This document shows positions 17,300-27,535 of a stretch of 36,841 nucleotides of DNA, piece by piece. The notes below the pieces were generated by a model. The model saw only the letters and a program-made list of their open reading frames with translations, did no database searches and was not told where the DNA came from. Source of the DNA: a bacterium. GTDB lineage: Bacteria > Margulisbacteria > WOR-1 > O2-12-FULL-45-9 > XYB2-FULL-48-7. The stretch lies in NCBI GenBank assembly GCA_043812655.1, contig JBDRLW010000012.1, positions 1-36,841 on the forward strand, written 5' to 3'. The number at the start of each line of letters is the position of its first letter. The stretch's first letter is position 1. The translations under genes and the position numbers were made by a program.

Positions 17300-18628
17300 A
17301 TGAAAAAATTGGTTGTCTTAGTATTAATTCTTATAACTTGTTTTATTCCAAAGGTTTATGGCGAGGATCGATTGCAATTTGATTCTGTTTGGTTAGCCAA
17401 TACCGGCTCCCCGCAAAATATTACCCTTAATCGGTCTGGTAATTTATTGGTTAATCTTAATGGTAAATGGATCAATGAATATTCACCAACCGGGACAAAA
17501 AAATATAGTTATTTTGACGGGTGGCCGCCGATGTATTTGGGCCATAAACTAACTAATCTGTCGCCGAACGCGAAGATCAACAGCATCGCTACTAGCCAAA
17601 ACCAGTCAAAAATCTATTTTTCTACCGGTGGCACTAATAACATTGATGATAATAAAGTGATCATCTTGGATAAAAATAATAATGATGCCTTGTTCATTGG
17701 GCAATATGGCTCGGGTAATGGTGAATTCCAAAATCCGAGAGGACTAGCTATAAGCGCCGATGGTAAATTATATGTGGCTGATTCTAATAACTATCGGATC
17801 CAGGTTTTTAATCCCGATGGGACGTATTATTCTCAATTTGGAAGTCGGGGCGCTGGGTCGGGGCAATTCAATCTCCCGCTAATTGATGTAGCGATCAAGA
17901 ATGATGGGACGATCCTAGTTTTGGATGGGTCTAAAGTCCATCAATTCAGGGCTGATGGGAGTTTTATCACCAGAGACGCGGAGAATACCTATTCTTCCGC
18001 CAGCGCGATCACAGTCGACCTGAACGGGAATGTATATGTTGTCGATTCCGGCAAGAATCGGATCGTCTGTTCAATGATAGACGGGTCACAGCTGACAATT
18101 TTGGGGACGGCCGGTGTTAATAACGGACAATTTAATCATCCAACCGATCTGGCTGTAGACGCTTTCGGATCCCTTTATATTGTTGATCATAATAACCAAA
18201 GGATCCAAAAATTCAAGAAATTATTATTCAGTACAATTCCAGTTGCTCCAACGGCTGGCACTCCACCGGCACCTACAGCACTACCTACAACAACTACGAT
18301 CCCTGGTCAAGGTAGTTTAACGATGACATCCTCTCCCGCCGCACCGGCAGCGGCAACTCCTGGTTTGTATTATCGAATAATATTTACCGCCAGCGGCGGC
18401 AAGTTTAGCGCTAGTTCAAAGTTCACGACTTGGAGCGTATTATCAGGGGTCCTGCCTGCTTGGTTGAGAATGTCATCAAGGCCTTCGCCTGATGGATCGA
18501 TGTCAACCTGCACTTTAAACGGCGTTCCACGTGCGACTGAAAGCGGAAAAAAATATGATTTTACGCTAAGGGCGGTGGATAATGACGGTTTAGTCGGGGA
18601 AATAAGTTGTTCTTTTAGTGTAAATTAA
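17300..18628 (+). CDS. Secreted NHL-repeat beta-propeller protein with C-terminal Ig-like domain
   Basis: Signal peptide MKKLVVLVLILITCFIPKVYG; NHL repeats (GEFQNPRGLAI..GKLYVADSNNYRIQVF; GQFNHPTDLAVD..LYIVDHNNQRIQKF); P/T/A linker. Confidence 0.9.
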   Translation: MKKLVVLVLILITCFIPKVYGEDRLQFDSVWLANTGSPQNITLNRSGNLLVNLNGKWINEYSPTGTKKYSYFDGWPPMYLGHKLTNLSPNAKINSIATSQNQSKIYFSTGGTNNIDDNKVIILDKNNNDALFIGQYGSGNGEFQNPRGLAISADGKLYVADSNNYRIQVFNPDGTYYSQFGSRGAGSGQFNLPLIDVAIKNDGTILVLDGSKVHQFRADGSFITRDAENTYSSASAITVDLNGNVYVVDSGKNRIVCSMIDGSQLTILGTAGVNNGQFNHPTDLAVDAFGSLYIVDHNNQRIQKFKKLLFSTIPVAPTAGTPPAPTALPTTTTIPGQGSLTMTSSPAAPAAATPGLYYRIIFTASGGKFSASSKFTTWSVLSGVLPAWLRMSSRPSPDGSMSTCTLNGVPRATESGKKYDFTLRAVDNDGLVGEISCSFSVN

Positions 18629-18635
18629 CCCTAAA

Positions 18636-20183
18636 TTATTCCCACTCGATCGTCGCGGGGGGCTTTGAGGAAATATCGTAAACCACGCGGTTGATCTCCG
18701 GGATCTCGTTGATTATCCTGTTGGAGAATATGTCCAGCAAGTCATAGGGTAGACGCGCCCAGTCAGCCGTCATCGCGTCGCTGGAAGTCACCGCCCGGAT
18801 CGCGATCGTGTTTAAATAAGTCCGTTTATCACCCATCACTCCGACCGTCCTGATCGGGAGCAGGACGGCAAAAGATTGCCAGACTTCTTTATATAAACCG
18901 GCCTTTTTAACTTCGGAAACGACAATATCATCAACTTCCTGCAAGATCTTGACCCTCTCCGGGGTAACTTCGCCAATGATCCTGATGGCTAAACCCGGCC
19001 CGGGGAAGGGCTGGCGCGAAATAATTTCATCGGGAATGCCAAGCTCGCGGCCAAGAGCCCGGACTTCATCCTTAAAAAGCTTCGCTAACGGCTCAACCAG
19101 TTTAAACTTAATATCTTTCGGCAAACCGCCAACATTATGGTGCGTTTTGATCCTTACCGCTGTGGTTGAAGTTAAACCTGGGACAGCCGATTCGATCACG
19201 TCAGGATAAAGTGTTCCTTGAGCGAGATAGGGGATTTTACCCAGCTTCTTGGCTTCTTCTTCAAAAACCCGGATAAAATCGTTCCCGATCCGGTGCCTTT
19301 TCTCTTCCGGATCAGTGATCCCTTTTAAATTGCCAAAAAAGCGCTTGGAGGCGTCAATGTGGATCAGGTTTATCTTAAAATTCCTGGTAAAGACCTCAAC
19401 GATTTTCTTGGCCTCGTTTTTGCGCATGAATCCCTGGTCAATGAACATACAGGTCAGCTGTTTGCCGACCGCTTTGTTGATCAATGCCGCGACGGTCGAA
19501 GAATCAACGCCGCCGGAAAGAGCAAGCAAGATCTTTTCTTTGCCAACAGTCTTCCTGATCTCGGCTACTGATTGTTCAATAAAATTCCTGGTCGTCCAAG
19601 TCGGCTTACAACCGCAGACCACATAGGCGAAATTCTTGATGATCTCCGTGCCGCGCTGGGTGTGGGCGACTTCGGGATGGAATTGGACGCCGAAGAGCCT
19701 GGCCTCCGGATCGCCGATCGCCGCAAGCGGCGTATTTTTAGTGTGGGCTAAAACCTTAAATCCTTTTGGTAATTTAACCACGGAATCGCCATGGCTCATC
19801 CAGCAAACTGATTGGCTGGGGAAACCGGCAAAAAGCGGGGTACCATCATTAATAATTAATTCGGTCCGCCCATATTCGCGCTTCTTCTCGGGTTTAACTC
19901 TCCCGCCAAGCGCTTTGGCCATCAGCTGGGTGCCGTAACAAATTCCCAGGATCGGAATTCCTGATTTCCACAGTTTTGGGTCAGCCTGCGGCGCATCTTT
20001 ATCGTAAACAGAGGAGGGGCCGCCGGAAATGATAATGCCCTTAACTTTACGCTTTTTCAGTTCCGCCACTGAAACATTGTGGGGCATGATCTCGCAATAA
20101 ACATTGCATTCCCTGACGCGTCTTGCGATAAGCATCGCGTACTGGGCGCCAAAATCGAGGACGACAATAAGATCGTGTTTCAT
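18636..20183 (-). CDS. guaA: GMP synthase (glutamine-hydrolysing)
   Basis: [42 protein letters not shown] and [10 protein letters not shown] motifs. Confidence 0.99.
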   Translation of the reverse strand: MKHDLIVVLDFGAQYAMLIARRVRECNVYCEIMPHNVSVAELKKRKVKGIIISGGPSSVYDKDAPQADPKLWKSGIPILGICYGTQLMAKALGGRVKPEKKREYGRTELIINDGTPLFAGFPSQSVCWMSHGDSVVKLPKGFKVLAHTKNTPLAAIGDPEARLFGVQFHPEVAHTQRGTEIIKNFAYVVCGCKPTWTTRNFIEQSVAEIRKTVGKEKILLALSGGVDSSTVAALINKAVGKQLTCMFIDQGFMRKNEAKKIVEVFTRNFKINLIHIDASKRFFGNLKGITDPEEKRHRIGNDFIRVFEEEAKKLGKIPYLAQGTLYPDVIESAVPGLTSTTAVRIKTHHNVGGLPKDIKFKLVEPLAKLFKDEVRALGRELGIPDEIISRQPFPGPGLAIRIIGEVTPERVKILQEVDDIVVSEVKKAGLYKEVWQSFAVLLPIRTVGVMGDKRTYLNTIAIRAVTSSDAMTADWARLPYDLLDIFSNRIINEIPEINRVVYDISSKPPATIEWE

Positions 20184-21343
20184 TACTTATACATCCCCAG
20201 GCTCTGGGCCTTTTGGTAGACTTTACCTTCGGTTAAAATTGACGGGGCGATCGCGACATCAACGTGCTGCATCTCTTTTAAATTAGAAGCGCCCAGCGTT
20301 CCCATCGATGTTTTCAGCGCGCCAACAAAGTTCATTGAACCATCGTCATATTTTGCCGGGCCATGGATTATTTCTTTTAAGGAACCGATCGTGCCGACTT
20401 TAATTCTAGAGCCTCTAGGCAGAGTAGGAGACGGCGTCGCCATGCCCCAGTGGAATCCTCTGCCTGGTGCTTCTTCCGCTTTGGCGATCGGGCTACCTAT
20501 CATCACCGCGTCGGCTCCGCAAGCGATCGCTTTGCAAATATCGCCGCCAACCACCATGCCGCCATCGGCAATGATCGGCACATAAATGCTGTTCTCCTTA
20601 AAATAGGAATCCCTGGCCGCCGCGCAATCGGCGATCGCTGTTGCCATTGGCAAGCCGACACCAAGGACGCCGCGCGAGGTACAAGCGGCGCCCGGGCCAA
20701 TGCCGACTAGAACGCCAGCCACGCCTGTCCCCATCAAAGTTAAAGCAACTTCATAGGTAACGCAGTTGCCAACTAAAACGGGGATCTTCATTTCAGCACA
20801 GAATTCTTTTAGGTCGAGCGGGTCAGAGGTCGACGATTTATGTTTGGTTGAAATTACCGTCGATTGGATAACAAAAATATCTGCTCCAGCATCCCGGGCG
20901 ATCGGTCCAAGTTCTATGGCGTCTTGCGGGATCGAAGAGACAGCGGCCACGCCGCCGGCGGCTTTGATCTCTTTTATTCTTTTTATGACCAATTCTTTTT
21001 TGATCGGTTCAAGATACATTTTTTGCATGAGCCCGACATATTCGTCTTTGCTGACAGAGGAGATCTTTTCTAATTGCTTATCGGCATCTTCATATCTGGC
21101 CCAAACTCCTTGAAGGTTGAGAACGCCTAAGCCGCCAAGTTTGCCCATGAGGATGGCGATCTTCGGGCTGACAACGCCATCCATGGCTGAAGCGATGATC
21201 GGCACGCTTAGCTTGACCCCGCCAATAGAGACGGAAACATCGGCATCGTCCGGATTGACCGTGACGATCGAAGGGACGAGTGAGATCTCATCAAACCCGT
21301 ACGCCCGCCGTGTTTTTTTATTCTTGCCTAATTCTATCTCCAT
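20183..21343 (-). CDS. guaB3: GuaB3-family IMP dehydrogenase-related protein
   Basis: [20 protein letters not shown]-terminus, [23 protein letters not shown] and [14 protein letters not shown]; no CBS pair. Confidence 0.93.
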   Translation of the reverse strand: MEIELGKNKKTRRAYGFDEISLVPSIVTVNPDDADVSVSIGGVKLSVPIIASAMDGVVSPKIAILMGKLGGLGVLNLQGVWARYEDADKQLEKISSVSKDEYVGLMQKMYLEPIKKELVIKRIKEIKAAGGVAAVSSIPQDAIELGPIARDAGADIFVIQSTVISTKHKSSTSDPLDLKEFCAEMKIPVLVGNCVTYEVALTLMGTGVAGVLVGIGPGAACTSRGVLGVGLPMATAIADCAAARDSYFKENSIYVPIIADGGMVVGGDICKAIACGADAVMIGSPIAKAEEAPGRGFHWGMATPSPTLPRGSRIKVGTIGSLKEIIHGPAKYDDGSMNFVGALKTSMGTLGASNLKEMQHVDVAIAPSILTEGKVYQKAQSLGMYK

Positions 21344-21359
21344 TTTTTCCTCCTCTAAA

Positions 21360-22436
21360 TTACGGGCGCTGTTCCAACTTCCCGTTTAAGACCAATAATT
21401 TGCCTTCCCTATAGACTTTAAGTCTGATTTTATCGCCAACTTTAGCTTTCCCGACCAAGTCGGAAAGATCACTGCTTTTGGCAACTTTCGCGCCATTTAA
21501 TTCACGGACCACATCATATTTTTTTAGTCCCATCTTTTCCGCCGGGCTATCCTTGGCCACGTCGGTTATCACGATCCCTTCAGCGATCGGCAGGTCAAGG
21601 TAGGAAGCGATCCTTTCGTCAACATCACGCATGAAAATGCCAAGCCAGGGGCGAATGACCTTTCCCTTGCTGATCAAGTCACCCATTATCTCTTTGGCCG
21701 CGTTAATTGGGATCGCAAAACCGATCCCTTGCGCCCCGGCTACGATCGCGACATTAAGGCCGATCACTTCGCCTTTTAAGTTAAGCAGGGGACCGCCGGA
21801 ATTACCAGGATTGATCGCCGCATCGATCTGGATCAAATTCTTCTTGCCTAGATCACCCAACGACCGTCCAGTCGCGCTAACAATTCCGGAAGTAACTGTG
21901 TTAGAAAAGCCATACGGGTTGCCGATCGCGATCACCCATTGCCCCGGCCTGATCTTGGCAGAATCCCCCAAGGGAAGGACAGGCAAATCAACCCCATTAG
22001 TTTCGATCTTGATGATCGCGACGTCTAGATTAGCGTCTTGGCCGATCACTTTGCCATTGAATTTCTTGCCGTCGCGCAAGGTAACTTTTATTTCGTCAAC
22101 CCCGCGGATAACATGTTCATTGGTCAAGATAAGGCCTTTTTTATCGATTATAAAACCGGAACCAGCCCCTTTGCGGGGAACGACCCTCTCCTGAAAAAAA
22201 TCCTTGAATTCTGGCGCGAATTCAAAGCCAAAGCCTTCAAAACCATGGAAAGGGGAACTAACTTTTATCTTTTTAACCACATCAATATTAACGACCGCGT
22301 TGCCTTCACTTTCTACGATGTCTGCGATCGTTTCCGGCCCAAAAATACTTGGGATTGGGGCAGTCCCGATAGCCATCGCCCCTAAAGATAAAAATCCAAC
22401 CAATCCGAGGGTTAAAAATAATTTATGCTTTCTCAT
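21360..22436 (-). CDS. htrA: HtrA/DegP-family serine protease with one PDZ domain
   Basis: Signal peptide, GSGFII, TNEHV, DAAINPGNSGGPL, C-terminal PDZ. Confidence 0.95.
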   Translation of the reverse strand: MRKHKLFLTLGLVGFLSLGAMAIGTAPIPSIFGPETIADIVESEGNAVVNIDVVKKIKVSSPFHGFEGFGFEFAPEFKDFFQERVVPRKGAGSGFIIDKKGLILTNEHVIRGVDEIKVTLRDGKKFNGKVIGQDANLDVAIIKIETNGVDLPVLPLGDSAKIRPGQWVIAIGNPYGFSNTVTSGIVSATGRSLGDLGKKNLIQIDAAINPGNSGGPLLNLKGEVIGLNVAIVAGAQGIGFAIPINAAKEIMGDLISKGKVIRPWLGIFMRDVDERIASYLDLPIAEGIVITDVAKDSPAEKMGLKKYDVVRELNGAKVAKSSDLSDLVGKAKVGDKIRLKVYREGKLLVLNGKLEQRP

Positions 22437-22753
22437 TTTTTCCTCCTATTTTTTTTACCCCGAGCACCTCGACCTCGCTCGGCGCTGCCCTGAGCTTGTC
22501 GAAGGGCACTGTCGAGGGGTTTCTTTTTCGCCGCTTTGGCCGCGTCGATCATTTTTTCAAACTCTTCCATGATCGGTTCAGGCACCCAAGTTTCGCCGCA
22601 ATCGCGGCAAACATAAGCGGGAACGCTTTCCATTAGATACAACTTCCCGCCTTGGTAATCTTCGAGGTTGACTTTTTCGAGTTCGAGCGTGCCGCCGCAA
22701 GCTTCACAGGGACCCGGATCATTATCTTCGTAATCGCGGTTGTCATCAGGCAT
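22433..22753 (-). CDS. YgiT-type zinc-finger protein with repeat-derived C-terminal extension
   Basis: CEACGG...VPAYVCRDCGE; stop overlaps the htrA start (ATGA). Confidence 0.85.
   Translation of the reverse strand: MPDDNRDYEDNDPGPCEACGGTLELEKVNLEDYQGGKLYLMESVPAYVCRDCGETWVPEPIMEEFEKMIDAAKAAKKKPLDSALRQAQGSAERGRGARGKKNRRKK
22457..22520. repeat. Nested triple palindromic repeat (CCYGAGC-N2/3-GTCGARGG family) inside the zinc-finger CDS
   Basis: Outer ACCCCGAGCAC..TGTCGAGGGGT is split by a 42-bp insert flanked by GCAC direct repeats. The insert holds GCCCTGAGCTTGTCGAAGGGC and an oppositely oriented CGCCGAGCGAGGTCGAGGTG. Confidence 0.85.
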
Positions 22754-22768
22754 AACTTAAGTTTTTTG

Positions 22769-22819
22769 ATTATACTATAATTGCGATTTCTTGGCAAGGA
22801 ATGAAGCCTGTGCTATACT
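22769..22819. promoter_or_regulatory. Divergent sigma-70 promoters sharing an overlapping -35 (TTGGCAA)
   Basis: Plus strand: TTGGCA(22791)-N17-TATACT(22814) with TGn extension. Minus strand: TTGCCA(22797)-N17-TATAAT(22774). Confidence 0.75.
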
Positions 22820-22841
22820 TTTTTTGGAGGGAAGAAATCAC

Positions 22842-24089
22842 ATGCATTTCAATATTGAAAACATCAGGAAATCAGACCCAGAAGTGGCCCAGGCCCTCGA
22901 CCAAGAATTAGACCGCCAAAGGACAAAACTCGAGATGATCGCTTCAGAAAATTTTACTTCGAGGGCGGTCATGGAAGCCTGCGGCTCTGTCATGACCAAT
23001 AAGTACGCGGAGGGTTATCCCGGCAAGCGTTATTACGGCGGCTGTCAAAACGTTGATATCACGGAATCTTTGGCGATCGAAAGAGCCAAAAAACTTTTTG
23101 GCGCCGACCATGCCAACGTCCAGCCGCATTCCGGCTCCCAAGCCAATTTTGCCGCTTATGTCGCCTGCTTAAAACCGGGTGACACCGTAATGGGCCTTAA
23201 TCTTTCTCACGGCGGCCATTTAACCCACGGCAGTCCGGTCAATGTCTCCGGCCTATATTTTAATTTTATTTCTTACGGCGTCCGCCAGGATAATGAGACG
23301 ATCGACTTTGACCAAGTCAGGTCGCTCGCTAAAGAACATAAGCCAAAATTGATAGTGACCGGAGCGACCGCTTATCCGCGGATAATTGATTTTGCCAAGT
23401 TCCGCGAGATCTGCGATGAAGTCGGGGCTATTTTAATGGTTGATATCGCCCACATCGCCGGTTTAGTTGCCACCGGCCTCCATCCATCACCAGTCCCGGT
23501 CGCGGAGATCGTCACGTCAACCACCCACAAAACTCTTAGAGGGCCCAGAGCCGGGCTTATATTATGTAAAGAAGCTTATGCCAAGCAGATAAATAAAGCC
23601 GTTTTCCCGGGTATTCAAGGTGGTCCGCTTGAACACGTGATCGCCGGCAAAGCGATCTGCTTTAAAGAGGCGATGGCCCCAGAATTCAAAACCTATCAAA
23701 CTCAAGTGGTAAAGAACGCCAAAGCCTTAGCTGAAGGATTGATCAAGAATGGCCTTCGCCTGGTTTCCGGCGGAACGGATAATCATCTAGTCCTGGTCGA
23801 TCTCCGGCCATTTAAAGTGACTGGTAAAATTGCAGAGACGGTCCTTGATGAAGTCGGCATTACCGCTAATAAGAATACCATCCCTTTTGATCCTGAGAAA
23901 CCGACGATCACGTCCGGTCTTCGTTTGGGAACACCAGCCTTAACAACTAGAGGGATGAAAGAAGGGGAGATGAAAACCATCGCCGACCTGATCGCCAAAG
24001 TCCTGAAAAATACCGATAATGAAAGCGCCAAAAAAGAAGTCACCCAGGCCATTACCGAGTTGAGCAAGCAATTCCCACTATATGATTGA
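22842..24089 (+). CDS. glyA: Serine hydroxymethyltransferase
   Basis: [47 protein letters not shown] and FPG.QGGP motifs; ATG at 22842 follows GGAGG. Confidence 0.99.
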   Translation: MHFNIENIRKSDPEVAQALDQELDRQRTKLEMIASENFTSRAVMEACGSVMTNKYAEGYPGKRYYGGCQNVDITESLAIERAKKLFGADHANVQPHSGSQANFAAYVACLKPGDTVMGLNLSHGGHLTHGSPVNVSGLYFNFISYGVRQDNETIDFDQVRSLAKEHKPKLIVTGATAYPRIIDFAKFREICDEVGAILMVDIAHIAGLVATGLHPSPVPVAEIVTSTTHKTLRGPRAGLILCKEAYAKQINKAVFPGIQGGPLEHVIAGKAICFKEAMAPEFKTYQTQVVKNAKALAEGLIKNGLRLVSGGTDNHLVLVDLRPFKVTGKIAETVLDEVGITANKNTIPFDPEKPTITSGLRLGTPALTTRGMKEGEMKTIADLIAKVLKNTDNESAKKEVTQAITELSKQFPLYD

Positions 24090-24774
24090 ACTTATTAACG
24101 TTTCCAAGGTTTTTGCCAGCGGGGGGATCGACGCTTTGCGCGATATCAACCTGCATATTGGCAAAGAAGAATTTGTCTTTTTGGTCGGATCTTCTGGCGC
24201 CGGCAAAACAACTCTCTTGAAAATGATGTATCGGGAAGACCGGCCGACCTCCGGCAAAGTTATTGTTGATAGGATTAACGTTGCCGGGTTGGAACCCTCC
24301 CAGATCCCTTACTTGCGGCGCAATATCGGCGTTGTTTTCCAAGATTTTAAGCTCCTTCCCAGGCGCACGGTCTTTGAAAATGTCGCGTTCGCTTTGAGGG
24401 TCACAGGCGCGCCCCGTTCAACCATCAGGCGCAAAACCATGCAAGCTTTGGAATTGGTCGGCATGCTCAAAAGGATAAATGCTTTCCCCCATGAACTTTC
24501 GGGCGGAGAGAAACAACGCGTCTGCATTGCCCGGGCGATCGTTAATAACCCGCCGATCTTGCTGGCTGACGAACCGACCGGCAACCTTGATCCGACCACT
24601 TCGTGGGAGATCTTGCAACTGCTTGATAAGATCAATAAAAGAAATACTACTGTGCTGGTCGCCACTCATAATAAAAGCATCGTTGATGAGATGAAAAAAC
24701 GGGTCGTTGAATTGGAAGGCGGGCGCCTGATCCGCGACCAGCAATTGGGGATGTACAATGTTAAGCAGTCTTGA
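24082..24774 (+). CDS. ftsE: Cell division ATP-binding protein FtsE
   Basis: [36 protein letters not shown] and [11 protein letters not shown] motifs; upstream of ftsX. Confidence 0.97.
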   Translation: MIELINVSKVFASGGIDALRDINLHIGKEEFVFLVGSSGAGKTTLLKMMYREDRPTSGKVIVDRINVAGLEPSQIPYLRRNIGVVFQDFKLLPRRTVFENVAFALRVTGAPRSTIRRKTMQALELVGMLKRINAFPHELSGGEKQRVCIARAIVNNPPILLADEPTGNLDPTTSWEILQLLDKINKRNTTVLVATHNKSIVDEMKKRVVELEGGRLIRDQQLGMYNVKQS

Positions 24775-25648
24775 GTTTTTTATAGTCGAAGCTTTTAGAT
24801 CTTTCCGCCGCGGCGCGCTGATGAGCACGGTGGCGATCGGCACCATCACCGTTTCCCTAACGATTCTGGGCTTATTTTTATTGCTGATCATTAATCTGGG
24901 GAACATTGTTTCAACCGTTTCATCCCGGCTCGACCTGGTCGCTTTTTCGTCAAAAACATTATCGCTGGACGAAGCGGCCGCCGTCCAAGTTAGGATCACT
25001 AAGATCTCCGGCGTGGAAAAGGTGGAGTTCACCTCGAAAACCGAAGCCTGGAACAAGTTCAAAAATGATTTTGGCCAAAAGCTTGATCTACAGGAAGTTA
25101 TCCACGAAAATCCTCTGCCGCACACTTTTGCCGTCCGCATCAGGACGCCGGAATTGCTTCCGCAGATCGCCAAAGAGATCTCTAACCTTGAAGTCATTGA
25201 CGAGGTCCGGTACAGCGGCAAGCTGATCGAACAGATGAAGGCTCTCGTCGGCGCCGTTCGGGTCGGCGGCATTATTTTAGTTATCCTTTTATCCATTGCC
25301 ACTTTACTGATCGTGGTCAACACTATTAGATTAACCGTCTTAGCGCGGGAGACGGATATTTATATAATGAAACTGGTCGGCGCGACCGACACGTTCGTTA
25401 AATGGCCGTTTATTATTGAAAGCTTGCTTATCGGGGTGATCGGCGGCTTAGCCTCATTCCTGGTCCTGAAGATCGCCTACGAATCATCGATCGGCAAAAT
25501 TGCCAGCGCCTTGCCGTTCTTACCGCTGGTCACAGACGCCAAGATCTTATGGTCGATCTATTTTATCGTGTTCATTGGCGGCATTATGCTCGGGGTGCTC
25601 GGCGGTTATATTTCCGTTTCCAGGATCTTAAAAAAAGAAGGGAGCTAA
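24758..25648 (+). CDS. ftsX: Cell division permease FtsX
   Basis: Four TM helices, ENPLP, NTIRLT..AR..I.IMKLVGAT..F...PF.IE motifs. Confidence 0.96.
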   Translation: MLSSLEFFIVEAFRSFRRGALMSTVAIGTITVSLTILGLFLLLIINLGNIVSTVSSRLDLVAFSSKTLSLDEAAAVQVRITKISGVEKVEFTSKTEAWNKFKNDFGQKLDLQEVIHENPLPHTFAVRIRTPELLPQIAKEISNLEVIDEVRYSGKLIEQMKALVGAVRVGGIILVILLSIATLLIVVNTIRLTVLARETDIYIMKLVGATDTFVKWPFIIESLLIGVIGGLASFLVLKIAYESSIGKIASALPFLPLVTDAKILWSIYFIVFIGGIMLGVLGGYISVSRILKKEGS

Positions 25649-25651
25649 AAA

Positions 25652-26980
25652 ATGTTAACTTGGTTTAGGAAGCATACAAAAACGATCATGATCGCGGTGG
25701 TGGTGATCTTTGCCGGCTCGATGTTTTACGGTTTAGGATATCGCGGATTAAAAGGGGGGGGTAGCGGCGGCGGTAATTCTAAGGCCATTGCCAAAATTAA
25801 TGGCCGGGAAATTGATCCGATCAGGTTTAGGGAGATCTTAAACCGCTCTTACCAAAGTTTTGGGCAAAATGCCGACCTGTCGATGGTCGCTTTTATTGAG
25901 AACATGGCGCTCGGCCAGGCCATTGATTATACGATCATCTTAAATGAAGCCAGGAAACGGGTTAAAGTTTCCGGCCGGGAAGTTGATGCCGCCGTCGATA
26001 ACATCATGAAACAGCAAAAGGTCCCTTCAAAACGGGAGCTTGAGCGGGCTTTGAAACAAGTGGGCTTATCACTTGGCCAGTTCCGCGACTTGGTCAAAGA
26101 TGATATTACCGTCCAAAAATTTTCAATGAAGCTGCAGCAAGAGACCAAACTATTGCCTGAAGACCTAAAAGAGATCAGAGCCAGCCATCTTTTGGTTTCA
26201 ACTGAAGCGGAAGCAAAGCAACTCTTAGCCCAAATAAAAGGGGGCGCCGATTTTGCCGCTTTAGCTAAAAAATATTCACTCGATCCAGGGACTGCCAATA
26301 AAGGCGGTGATCTCGGATATTTTACGATCGGGGCAATGGTCCCGGAATTTGAAAAAGTTTCTTTTTCCCTAAAACCCGGGGAAGTCAGCCAACCGATCAA
26401 AACCGCTTTTGGTTACCACATCATCAAGGTCACTGATTCAAGGCTCCGTAAGATCGACGAACAAAAAGCCTTGCAGGAAAAAGCCCAAAACGCTTATCGG
26501 CGCCTTTATTCGGAGCTCCGTAGCAAAGCAAAGGTTGAGATCATCAGCCCGATCTTTAAAGGGCATAATTATCGCTTCTCTGGCAAGCTCACAGAAGCCA
26601 TTAGTGAGTATAAAAAGGCAGTCGCTCAAAATCCCGGAAATCCGCTCCCCCATATTTATTTAGGCGATTCATTTCTTTCGATCGGCCAAAATAATTTAGC
26701 CATTACTGAATACGAAAATGCGGTCAAGCTCGAAGGGGGCAATCCCGATCTTTATATTGTGCTGGGTAAAGCTTACGAAAAAGCAAAACAACCGGCGTTA
26801 GCCGCGGAACAATACCGCAAAGCTTCAATGGTAGCTGGCGATAATAAAGCCGCGCACGAAAAATTGCTTAAGGTCTTTGAACAGATGAAAAAGCCAACCG
26901 AAGTTGCCAGGGAAAAATCGGAACTAAACCGTCTGGCCAAAAAAGCCGCGTTTGAGAAAGAATTGACAGGAGGAAAATGA
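25652..26980 (+). CDS. SurA/PpiD-like parvulin peptidyl-prolyl isomerase with C-terminal TPR repeats
   Basis: MLTWFRKH plus TM helix, SurA-N-like helices, ASHLLV..FAALAKKYS.D..GGDLG.F..MVPEFE..F..GYHII, then about 3 TPR motifs. Confidence 0.88.
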   Translation: MLTWFRKHTKTIMIAVVVIFAGSMFYGLGYRGLKGGGSGGGNSKAIAKINGREIDPIRFREILNRSYQSFGQNADLSMVAFIENMALGQAIDYTIILNEARKRVKVSGREVDAAVDNIMKQQKVPSKRELERALKQVGLSLGQFRDLVKDDITVQKFSMKLQQETKLLPEDLKEIRASHLLVSTEAEAKQLLAQIKGGADFAALAKKYSLDPGTANKGGDLGYFTIGAMVPEFEKVSFSLKPGEVSQPIKTAFGYHIIKVTDSRLRKIDEQKALQEKAQNAYRRLYSELRSKAKVEIISPIFKGHNYRFSGKLTEAISEYKKAVAQNPGNPLPHIYLGDSFLSIGQNNLAITEYENAVKLEGGNPDLYIVLGKAYEKAKQPALAAEQYRKASMVAGDNKAAHEKLLKVFEQMKKPTEVAREKSELNRLAKKAAFEKELTGGK

Positions 26981-26984
26981 TCAA

Positions 26985-27458
26985 ATGAAAAAACTAATAT
27001 TATTAATAATTATTTTATTAGTTGCAACCTCAGCCTTTGCATCAATGGAAGAGAGTCATTATCGTCTTGGCGTAATTTCGGTCCCTACAGCGCCAAGAAC
27101 AATTGGCACCGCTACAACTTTTGGCATTCGCTTTCCTGTTTTATATGCTGATCTAGGAATCATTGGAGGACAAAACTCTGTTGGTTTAAATACTATCGAT
27201 GGAGGGGTTCTCCGCGTGGAATTTGGTTTACCAAAGGCTGGCGACTTAAATTCTCACCTTGGTTTTACTTTATTGAATAAAGCTGGGACTAATACTACCA
27301 ATAATTTTATGTCTTTTAACGTTTTTGTTGGGTTTGAATATGAGATTATTAGAAATTTTTCATTATTGGCTGATGTTTCATTGCTAGAGGTTAACAGCTT
27401 CTCTAGCACAGCAGCAACAGCGGGCACTATTTATTGTGGCGCAAGAGCGTACTTCTAG
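26985..27458 (+). CDS. Small secreted protein, probable outer-membrane beta-barrel
   Basis: Signal peptide ending AFA, amphipathic strands (VFVGFEYEI..FSLLAD), C-terminal G.R.YF beta-signal; AT-rich. Confidence 0.7.
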   Translation: MKKLILLIIILLVATSAFASMEESHYRLGVISVPTAPRTIGTATTFGIRFPVLYADLGIIGGQNSVGLNTIDGGVLRVEFGLPKAGDLNSHLGFTLLNKAGTNTTNNFMSFNVFVGFEYEIIRNFSLLADVSLLEVNSFSSTAATAGTIYCGARAYF

Positions 27459-27535
27459 GAAGTTTAGGAAGAGTTATTTGTTAGTAATCTACCAACTACT
27501 CACTATTCCAGTCGCCCAACCCATCAACCAATCCG

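Noticed and set aside
16865..18628. Diversity-generating retroelement template/variable repeat pair
   Set aside because: The two C-terminal regions differ at all base types and by indels, not only at adenines; no reverse transcriptase is present.
22791..22841. TTG start extension of glyA, or a riboswitch leader
   Set aside because: The TTG is the -35 box; a GGAGG precedes ATG 22842 and the leader is too short for a riboswitch.
24418..25323. 301-aa antisense ORF across ftsE/ftsX, and similar antisense ORFs in uvrA, dnaB, alaS, guaA, htrA and dxs
   Set aside because: Shadows of well-conserved genes on the opposite strand or in other frames, with no motifs of their own.
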